The notes below the pieces were generated by a model that saw nothing but the letters and a program-made list of their open reading frames with translations, had not been told where the DNA came from and made no database searches. A program made the translations under genes and the position numbers. A DNA stretch of 64,000 bases, from positions 806,001 through 870,000 of the forward strand of contig JANHCV010000010.1 of the NCBI GenBank assembly GCA_025594325.1. Reading direction: 5' to 3'. This stretch comes from Blastocladiella emersonii ATCC 22665 (Eukaryota > Fungi > Blastocladiomycota). Below are positions 45,089-54,891 of the stretch, piece by piece (position 1 is the stretch's first letter; each line of letters starts with the position of its first letter).

Positions 45089-46278
45089 ACGGCCAACGAT
45101 CACCGGTACCCGAATAGACTGACTGATTGCCCATCCGCACGTCCGCTGCGGAGCCCGCTTGCCTGGGAGCGGCTGTTCGCAAGGGAAGCGTGAGCGTGTT
45201 CCGTCGGCTTCGAGCTGCGAATTGGAGCCAAGGCGCGCTGACTTGGCCACACCGCGCTGGCTTGACGACGCGCGAACACCCGTTTTTCGCCGACGGGCGT
45301 CCGACGTGAGGACCCAGCCCGAGCTTGTGTGCTCCTGCGCTGCAAGCCAGCGTGCGCGGAGCACCCGGCGGGGATCTGGCTTCGCTCGCGCTTCACTGAT
45401 GCGGACAGCGATGAAGAACTCGCGTCGTGGTCGCAAGCAGCCGGCCATGCGACGCGCGAACCAGTGCTTCGGGTCAGGGATTCAAGGCGCAGCTGATCGG
45501 GCAACGCCACGCGCAGCTTGGAGTTGTGTGGCCGCTGCCTGGGCCGCCGCCGCTCCCCACGCGTTCGCCATGGACCTTGTCATGGAGCTGCTACGACGTA
45601 ACAGCTGGCTGCAACGGCACCAGACTCTCTTGCTTTATCTACTGTTGAGGGCCGATCGCTCTCGTCGCGTGGCTTGAACCGCGCGGCATGAGGCTGTTTG
45701 CTCTCGCGCGTCGCGTCGCGTCGCGTCGCGCCCCGGACGCTTGCTCTGAGGCTTAAGAGGCTACTCTAACACTAAGCTAGCTACGACGTGTCCTAACCGC
45801 GCAAGCGGCGGCCGTGACCACGAACTGCGTCGATCCTGCTCGCTGTCAGAACGCAAGGCCACTCACACGCCCGGCCGCGAACTCCTCGTTTGTTGCTTCG
45901 CGACACGTTTACGACGCACGTCGGACCGCTTCGCCTCGAGCAGCCGACTTGTTGAATTCCCGTTCGGCCAACGTGAGGCGCATTTCGTGCCTGACTCTAG
46001 CTGGATCTGGCTCACTTGCGGTTAGCCAGCAGTAGTTAATGACGACCGAACAGGATATCTAGCCGCCATCAAAGCTTCTCCAACGATGGTAAGCCTGCGG
46101 CTCGCCCACTAATCCCTAACATGATCAGCCAATTCGAAAGTGGGCTTTCGCGTCAGTGCCGCGGGATCTGATTGTTAGCTCGTTGCAGCTCGGCCCGGCC
46201 AAATAAGGCCAGCATTTTGCTTAGTCGTGTTCAAGACACTCGCCGCTCTATCGACCACCCTACTCGTAACTACTCGCA

Positions 46279-46659
46279 ATGGGAAACAAGGCTAAGGTAT
46301 GTCTCCTCGCCCGCGTAAATTGCGTGGGTTCGCCTAGACGCACGAGTTCCGCTCTGACACTGTGCATCGCTGCTTAGAACCGCCGGGGAAACTCCGTGAA
46401 GGAAGCGCAAGCTCACCCCCGTCAAGAAATGGACGTCGAGCATTCAACCTTCCAGCCTCAACACGGCCTCGGAGTTCGGGATTTTGTGCCTCCGTGGCAG
46501 CAGGCCGTCGTCGCTGTCTGCATCACATGCTGGTTGATGAGCGTGTGCATGGAAGCGGGTCCTGTCACTCCTTGGACTATCATTTACTGCTGCTCCATTG
46601 GAATCTTCGCGTCCATGGCGTTCAAGGAGCTCTATCATATCTTGTGCCGCGCCTGGTAA
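46279..46659 (+). CDS. Small two-exon putative membrane protein (about 99 aa, two hydrophobic segments)
   Basis: Exon 46279-46296 (MGNKAK). Intron 46297-46377 (GTATGT...CTGAC...TTAG) joins in frame to ...AVVAVCITCWLMSVCM...WTIIYCCSIGIFASMAF. Confidence 0.5.
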
Positions 46660-46739
46660 TCCCGCCCACCACACGCGTGTAATGCAATATAGTCCTTCCC
46701 CTCCTACTCTGATAAGCCCGTTCCGGAACACCTGAAGCG

Positions 46740-47550
46740 CGTACCTGACCTTGCTCACGAACCCCACAGGCAGGTCGGACGACGGCTTGATGTGCTTCTC
46801 TAAGTACTCGACCGCCTCGGCGACTGGCCCTGGTCCTTGAGAGCAGCTTGCCGTAGTTGTCGGGCGAACAGGTCCGATGCCGTGGGCCGTGGGGAACATT
46901 TCGCGGCGTCTTGAACGTGTCCATGGCCTTCTGGATCGACCCAAGCTTGTACTGGCTGACGCCGAGCTGGATATCTGCCAGCGGGAGTGCCGGGTCGAGG
47001 TCGATCAGAGTCGAGGCACGCGCTACACGTAGAACGCGCAAGTGAAGGTCAGCGCGGAGCCCGAGTCGACGTGGAAACTGAGTGCCCGCAGAAATCGTAC
47101 ATGAGGATCAATCTGGCCGCGTAAGTTGTAGATATCGGGGGTCGTTCTCCTCGACCTGCAGGGTCTTCTTGACCGCGTCGAGCCCGAACTAGACGGCGAG
47201 TGGCGGAGCAGGTCAGCACAACGGCCGCGGTCACAGCACCGCGAAACGACGCACCGACCGCGCGACACCTTGGCAATGTCGAAAGGGGTGGAACGAGTCG
47301 TCGTTGTCGAGAAACGCCACCGTCTCGCCCGTGAACATGCATCCGGATTGTCGCGAAAAGTTGGGGTCGGTCTTCGAGATGCGCTTGATCGACTTGGACG
47401 TTACCGCGGTCGCGAGTAACTGCGACATGATGGGGTTCTGATCGATCTCCGGGTCTCCGACACGCTGCAACACTCGACTTGCCTCGCGTTTGCATATTGG
47501 CAATCAAATCCTTGACGATAGTAGAGGATGCTTGAAGCAAGGCCTTCACG
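46740..47550 (-). pseudogene. TOM70: Degenerate intron-containing fragment of a TOM70-like TPR gene
   Basis: Blocks END(P)DIYNLRGQI, LDPALPLADIQLGVSQYKLGSIQKAMDTF and NYGKLL...EAVEYLEK resemble the recalled fungal Tom70 C-terminal TPRs (DPDIYYHRGQ; HIQLAVAQYK; NYYGELL). Several frameshifts; intron about 47099-47021 retained. Confidence 0.55.
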
Positions 47551-48131
47551 GGCTCTTACTGCTTCGCCACCAACCGATTGTCATCATCGTTCAAGCACGT
47601 ACCTACCCGTTGGATCGAGCACGAGTCATATGCACGTAATGTGGTGAGGCTGCGCCCGTTGAGGGGTCGAGGCACCGAGTCTCACCAGCGAGACGCGTCG
47701 CGAAATGGCGTGACCAGCGTGTGACCGCGTTGCGCCACCGTTTCCACTCACCCCATCAGTTTCCGTGCAATTCTTGGGTTTGAGGAGAGCCTTGCCGTGC
47801 TTAAGAGTCGTATGTGATACACGCTGCCTTTGTCCTACATGCAGGAACGAGCTCCGACCCGAGCGTCAGGTCAGGCCTTCGGCCGCTCATCAAGTGCCGC
47901 CCGCCGATCCGATAAAAATGCAGATCCCCGTGTTCTCGCCGGGCTCTGCTCGTCCAGGGTCATGCTCATCTGCGATGGCCGTGGCGCACCAATACACTCG
48001 GCTCGGCGACGTGGCCGCCAGGTCCTTGCCCGCCAAGGAGTTTGAGCTTAAAGTCATCTATAGTGACGCCCACGCAGCATACACGAAGCGCGAGCGATGA
48101 ATGGTACACGTCATCATCATCATCATCGTCA

Positions 48132-50643
48132 TCACGGCCCCGCCGCCGTCGGCGACGCAGGCCCCGCCTCGAGCCGCGTGAGCAGTTCCTCGAGCTGCTC
48201 GCGGTACGCCTGCTTAGCGTCCTGGAGCATGAGCGTGAGTTCCTCGCGCTCGACCTCGCGCTCGCCGAGGAGCTCGAGCACCGTGTTGAATCTGGTTTCG
48301 AGGTCGGCGTGCGCAGCCTCCTGGTCGGCGACGCGCGAGGCCAGCTCGTCGCGCTCGCGCGTCAGCTGCAGGACCTGCTGTGTCAGCTGCTCCTTGGCCG
48401 ACGCAAGGATCGCGATCTGCGTGCGCGTCGCGGCTGAGGTGTCGGCGCCGTTGCTGCTGCCAAACGCGGAGGAGGGCGGCGAGGAGCGGAACGAGAGCGA
48501 CGTCGTAGTAGTCTACACGGGGAAAACGACGGGGTCAGGTCGTGCCGACGAGAAGGAACCGCGGAGAGAACCGTACCTGGGGCGAAGTCGCGCCATTCTG
48601 CGCCGCAGCGCGAACCTGGGCCATCTCCTCGACGACCGCGCCGTACGCCGCACTCGCCTTCGCGATCGCCGCGTCCTGCGCCTCGATCTTGGCGACGAGC
48701 GCAGCCTCGCGGCGGCACCCGTCGTCGAGCTCCTTGCGCAGCTGCTCGACCTGCTGCTGGGTGACAGCGACGGCGTCGCGCGCCTGGGCGAGGCCGGCCT
48801 CGAGCGCCGCGACCTGGTCGCGCACGCGGTCAGCCTCAGCGGCGCGCGCAGCCTCGACGGTCGCCGCGAGCTCGGCAGCCGCCGCCTCGCGAACGAGCTG
48901 GACGGCCTCGAACTGCTCCTCGCGCGCGGCGGCGAGCTGGGCCTCGAGGCTCGCGACGTCAACGTACGCGGCGTCACGCGCGGCGTGGGCGGCGTCGGCT
49001 GCCGCGGTCCAGTGCGCGACGGCGGCCTGCAGCTCGACAATCAGCGCGTCGTCGGCGGTGTCCCCGCCGCTCCCCGCCGCCGCCGCGTCGGCCGCAGCGG
49101 ACCGGAGCGCCGCGAGCTCGGTCTCGGCCGTCGCCCACCGCGCGTCCCACTGCGCGCGCTCCGCGTCGCTCTGCGCGCGGGAATCGGCGAGCTGCGCCGC
49201 GACCGCCTGGAACTCGGCCTGTGCGCGCGCGGCCTGCGCGGCGAGATCACGGCTGCGCCGCCGCTCGGCCTCGAGCGCGGCGCCTTCGGCCGACTGGTCG
49301 CGGTCGCGGAGCTCGCGGAGTGCGGCGACCTCGGCGCGGAGCTCCGCCATCTCCTTGGCCGTAGCGTCGCGTTCGGCAGTCCACTCGGCCTGCACGGCGC
49401 TCAGCGTGTCGTTTGCGGCGCGCGATGCGGCAAGTTGGTCGCGTAGCGACGCGGACTCGGCGGCGAGGTCACGCTCGCGCGCGTTTGACGCGGCGAAGGC
49501 GGATTCGAGCGACTGGGTCTTGGCGAGGAGCTTCTTGATGGTGTCGCGCGTGCGCGAGAGCTGGTGGTCCCGGTCGGCGAGGTCGGCGCGTAGCGAGGCG
49601 GCGGCGGCGGAGGTTTGGGATAGGGCGGATTCGAGGTCGCGCACGCGGGCGGAGTCGGCGGCGGCGGCGGCGGCGGCGGTGGGTGCGGGGTCGAGAGCGC
49701 GGGGCGCGGCGGGGAGAGGTTCGGCGGGTGCGGGTGCTGGCTCGGAGAGGTCGATGAGCGGCACCGGCGGTTCCGTGGGCGCGACGGCAGCCGAGGCAGT
49801 CGGCGCCGAGTCCTCCACGACGACGAGCGGTGGTGGCTCCGAGACGTCCGAGGCGGAAACCACGGGGCTCAGGGCGGGCGATGGCGGGAGGGGCACGTCC
49901 TCGGGCCGCACCTCGACGACGGGCACCGGCACCACGGGAGCGAGAGCAGCAGGCGCGGGTTGTGCGGCAATCGGGGTAGGGACGGGAACCGGTGCAGCCG
50001 CAGCCGCAGCCGCCGCCGACGAGGAGAGCTGCGCGGCGGCGCTCAGGCGGCTCGAGAGACTGCGCCGTGGCGACGGCGACGGCGGCGCGTCGGCCCGCGT
50101 GGCGGCCTTGACGGGCGACGCGGCCACCGCCGCGGAATCAGCAGCAGGCAATCCATCCTCGTCGCCGCGCGTGGTCAGGACGCCCGAGTCGGTGCGGAAC
50201 AGGCTGCCCATGGCCTGCTTGAGGTGCTTGGGCGTCAGGTCGCGGGCGGCGGTGGTGGTCTGCAGCTGCGACGAGATGCTGGAGAAGACGGAGGACATGG
50301 GCGGCAGGGGCGACGCGGACGAGGAGCGTTTCGGCGAGGTGCCCGTCGTCGTCGCGGCGGCGGAAGCTGAAGCGGGCGCGGGTGCTGGGTCGACGGTCGG
50401 GAACTCGCCCCAGAAGCCAAAGTCCGGGTCGACCATCATGGGCGCTATACGCGGCGGAAGCGGTGTGAGGGAGGCTGTTGCGATGGACAAGCACACGCAC
50501 GGCGTACCAGCGGCCGTGGGCTCCGGGGCGCCATTTGCGCGCGGGGCGGTGACGGGGACCTCGAAGGCCTTGTCGAGCTGCGAGCCGGCCTTTTCGAGCG
50601 CGTCCTTGAACCAGGACTCGGACTTGTTGAAGAAGCCGGCCAT
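48132..50643 (-). CDS. TMF1: TMF1/SGM1-like golgin coiled-coil protein
   Basis: Introns 50507-50445 and 48576-48513. N-terminal WFKDALEKAGSQLDKA, long coiled coil, C-terminal TMF_TATA_bd-like RFNTVLELLGEREVEREEL...DAKQAYREQL. Confidence 0.78.
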
Positions 50644-51001
50644 CGTGATGGGCGAACCGCTCGATGGGCAAGGAAGGTCGGAGTGTGCGATGGGCGAGCG
50701 GGCCGAGTCGCCTGGCGGGCGCGTAGTTGGTGGCGTGGTTCCCGCTGGGCAGCCGAGCTTCGTTGCAGTCAGAGCGAGTGCTTTGCTGAAGGCAATGAGG
50801 GGAGGGAGAGGAGAAGGTGCGGCGGCGAGGGCACAGGCGAGGGCACAGGCAGAGCGAGAGGCGCGAGACGCGGCGCAGCCACGTCACGTTGGCAAAGCGC
50901 CACCGGGATCGCCAAAGCGAACGCGTGTGGGCTTTACTTCGCTGCCCTCCACTTCTCCCCCTGCAACGCAAACAACGAAGCAACTGCACGCAACGGCACC
51001 C

Positions 51002-51691
51002 ATGGCATCAACACTACGCAACGGACCGCCAGACATGAACGCGGCGGCGCCGTCCGAACCCGACGGCAGTGCGGGAGCGGGCAACGATGTGCCCCAGCCG
51101 CAGCCGCCACCGCAGCAGGTGCCACCACCACTACCGCTACCGCCACAACAGCAGCAGCCGCAGACGATCCCGCCGGAGCCCGAGGAGATGCTGCCGACCG
51201 AGAACATTGCGCTGGTGGCCAAGGGCGTGTACCGGTCGGCGTTCCCGAAGAAGAAGCACTTTGCGTTCCTCAAGAAGCTCGGGCTCAAGTCGATCCTGAC
51301 GCTGATCCTGGAAGAGTACCCGGAGCAGAACGTCAAGTTCCTCGAGGAGAACGGGATCACGTTGTTCCAGTTCGGCGTGGCGGGCAACAAGGAGCCGTTC
51401 GTCGACATCCCCGAGGACAAGATCGTGGCGGCGCTCGCGTGCCTCATGGACAAGCGCAACCACCCGATCCTGATCCACTGCAACAAGGGCAAGCACCGCA
51501 CCGGCTGCCTCGTCGGCTGTCTGCGCAAGCTGCAGCACTGGTCGCACACGTCCATCTTTGACGAGTACCGCCGATTCTCGCACCCAAAGTCGCGCTCCAT
51601 GGACCAGCAGTTCATCGAGCTGTTTGACACGGACAAGGCGTGGGCTGTCATCGACAAGCGCCACGTCCCTGACTGGCCCGAGCTGCGGTGA
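51002..51691 (+). CDS. SIW14: SIW14/PFA-DSP family phosphatase (inositol pyrophosphate phosphatase-like)
   Basis: Single exon, 229 aa. PTENIALVAKGVYRSAFP, HCNKGKHRTG P-loop, FDEYRRFSHPKSR...DQQFIELF. Confidence 0.93.
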   Translation: MASTLRNGPPDMNAAAPSEPDGSAGAGNDVPQPQPPPQQVPPPLPLPPQQQQPQTIPPEPEEMLPTENIALVAKGVYRSAFPKKKHFAFLKKLGLKSILTLILEEYPEQNVKFLEENGITLFQFGVAGNKEPFVDIPEDKIVAALACLMDKRNHPILIHCNKGKHRTGCLVGCLRKLQHWSHTSIFDEYRRFSHPKSRSMDQQFIELFDTDKAWAVIDKRHVPDWPELR

Positions 51692-51968
51692 CTGATAGAC
51701 TCGTAATTTTTTTTGTATCAGCATCGCGTCGTCGGTTGTTCGCGGCGCGGGAGAGCGAGCTCGCGGGGAGATGCGGCTCAGCTGCTCCGGCTTGTTCCGC
51801 CGACCATCCCGCCGCGCGCTCTTCTCCCTCAAAGTTGTCCTCCCTCCTCCCTCTCTCCCTCTGGGCAAGGCCACCCTCCACCACTGCCTGCATTGCACTC
51901 GTATGCCCATGAATCACACCATGTAACACCGCAGCTCTAACACCGGCCACGCTCTTTCAGCCTTCAAC

Positions 51969-52761
51969 ATGCCCAAGGCCATCATTGCTCCCTCCCTCCT
52001 GTCGGGCGACTGGGCGTTCCTGGCGCGCGACTGCAACGCCATGCTCGACCTCGGCGCCGACTACCTGCACATGGACATCATGGACGGCCACTTTGTCCCG
52101 AACCTGACCATTGGCGCCCCCGTCATCAAGTCGCTGCGCAAGCACACCAAGGGCTTCCTCGGTACTTTCTGTGAAAGGATCGGATCTGCTTCGGTACTGA
52201 CTTGGAGACGGCGTGCGTAGACTGCCACCTCATGGTGTCGCACCCCGAGCAGTGGGTCAAGGACTACGCGGCCGCCGGCGCCGACGGCTACACGTTCCAC
52301 GTCGAGGCTGCCAGTACGTTGCTCCCTCACCCTCTGCGCAACAACAAACGCTCACCTACGCCCCCGAACGTGTAGAGGACTCGGTCGCCCTGTGCCGCGA
52401 GATCCAGTCCGCCGGTATGCGCCCGGGCCTGGCCATCAAGCCGGGCACGCCCGTCGACGTGCTGTTCCCGATCATCGACGCGGTGGGCGCGGCCAACCTC
52501 GGCCTGGCGCTGATTATGACGGTCGAGCCGGGGTTCGGCGGCCAGTCGTTCATGGCCAACCAGATGCCCAAGGTCCGCGCCCTGCGCGAGCGGTACCCGG
52601 ACCTCGACATCCAGGTCGACGGCGGGCTCGCCCTCGACACGATCGAGGCCGCGGCTGAGGCCGGCGCGAACGCGATCGTCTCCGGCTCGGGGATCTTTGG
52701 CCACGCGGACAAGAAGGCTGCGATCGAGGGCCTGCGCGCGGCGGTCAACAAGCACAACTGA
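51969..52761 (+). CDS. RPE1: Ribulose-phosphate 3-epimerase
   Basis: Three exons. IAPSLL, LHMDIMDGHFVPNLT, DCHLMV, MTVEPGFGGQSF, IQVDGG, IVSGSGIF. Confidence 0.96.
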
Positions 52762-52904
52762 GCGGTTCTTATATTCATTGCGTGTTCATAAATGTCATTC
52801 CACATCCTTGGTCGTCGGCGCGATTCGCGGGAACCCGTGAGCGGACGCGAGTCACACGGCCGCGTGCCCACGCGTCACGCACCTCGCCTGCTCGTTGGCC
52901 AGCG

Positions 52905-52911
52905 TATAAAA
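52905..52911 (+). promoter_or_regulatory. Candidate TATA box of the FAD oxidoreductase gene
   Basis: TATAAAA about 75 nt upstream of ATG 52985. Confidence 0.5.
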
Positions 52912-52984
52912 GGGCCGGCCTGCCCCACTTCCCTCGCTCTCTCTCCCCGACACCACCCTAAACATTGCTCTGTATCACACGACC

Positions 52985-54752
52985 ATGCCATCGAACTGCT
53001 GCTGCACGCCGAAACCCGTCGCCGCGCACCCGTCCGCGCCCGTGTACCCTCCGCCGGGCCCGGAGCGCAACCCAGACGACGTGCTGATCCTGGGCGCCGG
53101 CGTCTTCGGCCTGTCGGCCGCACTCGAGTGGAAGCGCCGGTTCCCGCACGCACACGTGCTCGTCGTCGAGGCCGACACCCGCGCCGACGACGCCCGCGAC
53201 GCGGCGTCGTGCGACGTCAACAAGATCGTGCGGTTCGACTACGGGTCGAGCGCCGTGTACCGCGACCTCGGGCTCGCCGCCGTCGAGAAGTGGCGCGCCG
53301 GGTGGCCGTGCGCGGATGCGACGGACGCGGCGTACGTCGAGTCAGGCGTCCTGTTCGTCTGCCCTTCGCCGGACCGCGACTTTGCGTTCGCCGACGCGAC
53401 GCTGCGTGACGCCGACACGTGGATCCTGCCGGCGTCGCGGACCAAGCTCCCGCCCGCCACGCGCGTCCGGGACGCCGTGCTCGGCGAAACCGGCGAGCCC
53501 CTCGCCGCCCGGTTCCCCGCGATGCACGGCGCGGCCGCGGGCCTGCACGGGTACCTGCAGCCGTCGGGCGGGTGGGCGTACGCGTCCAAGTCGGTCGCGC
53601 AGGCGCGCGCGGCCGCCCAACGCCTCGGCGTCGTGTTCGTCCACGACACGGTCACCCGCGTCGTCCCCGGCGTCTGCTCGTGCAACCCCGCCGAGTGCAA
53701 GTGCCGCATGACGGGCGACGCGTCGGGGTGCGCGTGCGCGCCGTGTGGCGCGGCGGTCGCTGCACGGAAGGCCGGTGCCGCCCCCGCGCCGGCACCCGCG
53801 TGTACGTGCGGCGGTGAGGGGGAGTGCGACCCCGCGTGCCCCGCCAAGGAGATCAAGCCGATGCGGCACCCGCAGGTGCTGCTGGCGAGCGGCGAGCTGC
53901 GGTCCGCGCCGACCGTGATTGTCGCGACGGGCGCGTGGACGCCCGCGCTCGTGCCCGGGCTCGCGCCGCCGCATCTCGCCGCGCAGATGATGCCCGTCAT
54001 CAAGCTCGCGGTGCCCGAACACGCGCGCGAGCGGTACGTGTCGGGCAAGTTTCCGACGTGGGCAGTCGCGGTGACGGACGGTACGCGCTCTTGCGGTTTG
54101 GAGGGCGAGAGGCGAGAGCTAACGCAGTGTTGTAGGCATTCTCGTGTACGGCTTCCCGCTTTGCTCGGACGGCACGCTCAAGGTAGCCATCGACTACACG
54201 GGCTTCACCACCTCTTACTCTCCCACCTCACCCTCACTCGCCGCGACCACCGACCCGTCGACCCTCCACGGCTACCCGGCCTCGCGCACCTCCCTCCCCT
54301 CCTCCACCTTGCCACACTTCCGCGCCACCATCACCGCCCTATTCCCGGAAGCCCTCGACTTCCCGATCGCGTCGACGCGCCTGTGCACGTACACGAACAC
54401 GCGCGACCACCACTTCCACATCCACCGGCGGCCCGGCGGCGTGGTGCTGGCGACGGGCGGGTCGGGCCACGGGTTCAAGTTCTTCCCGGTCCTCGGCGAC
54501 GTGATCACGCGGATCGCGCGGAGTGAGGCGTGCGAGGTGACGGAGCTGTTTGCGCACGCGGCGGAGGGCGAGAAGACGGTGGTGGGGTCGACGTGGCAGC
54601 CGGCCGTGGTGGATGGGCCGTCGCTCGCGGACCAGCAGCAGGGCGGGTGTGGGCTCGGGTCCGATGAGGACGGCGCGGGGCCGCGCGCAATGGATGAGGA
54701 GACGCTCGTGAGTATGGTCGGCAAGTCGCTCAACGAGCTTACCGCCGTGTAG
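52985..54752 (+). CDS. FAD-dependent oxidoreductase (sarcosine/pipecolate/fructosyl-amino-acid oxidase family) with a Cys-rich insertion
   Basis: GAGVFG dinucleotide-binding motif, ASCDVNKIVR, VIVATGAW, RLCTYTNT (flavinylation-Cys position), GGSGHGFKFFPVLG. Intron about 54080-54136. Confidence 0.88.
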
Positions 54753-54891
54753 AAGTGATATAAGAAGCACATTGCATTGGAAGCGAACAAAAACTTGGTT
54801 GGTTGGTGGCACACACACGCACAAAATCGTCACAAAAAAAGTCATCTCCGGCCTTCGGCCGCGGCCGCGGCCGCGTCCCCGACGCCGCCGT

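Noticed and set aside
47905-48100. Short ORF with RLGDVAARSLPAKEFELKVIYSD, faintly like a 2-hydroxyacid dehydrogenase NAD-binding strand
   Set aside because: Similarity is too short, the GxGxxG motif is missing and there is no gene structure.
53802-53875. Possible intron explaining part of the Cys-rich insert (GTACGT...CGCAG)
   Set aside because: Its 74 nt would break the frame, it has no CTRAC branch point, and codon usage is coding-like.
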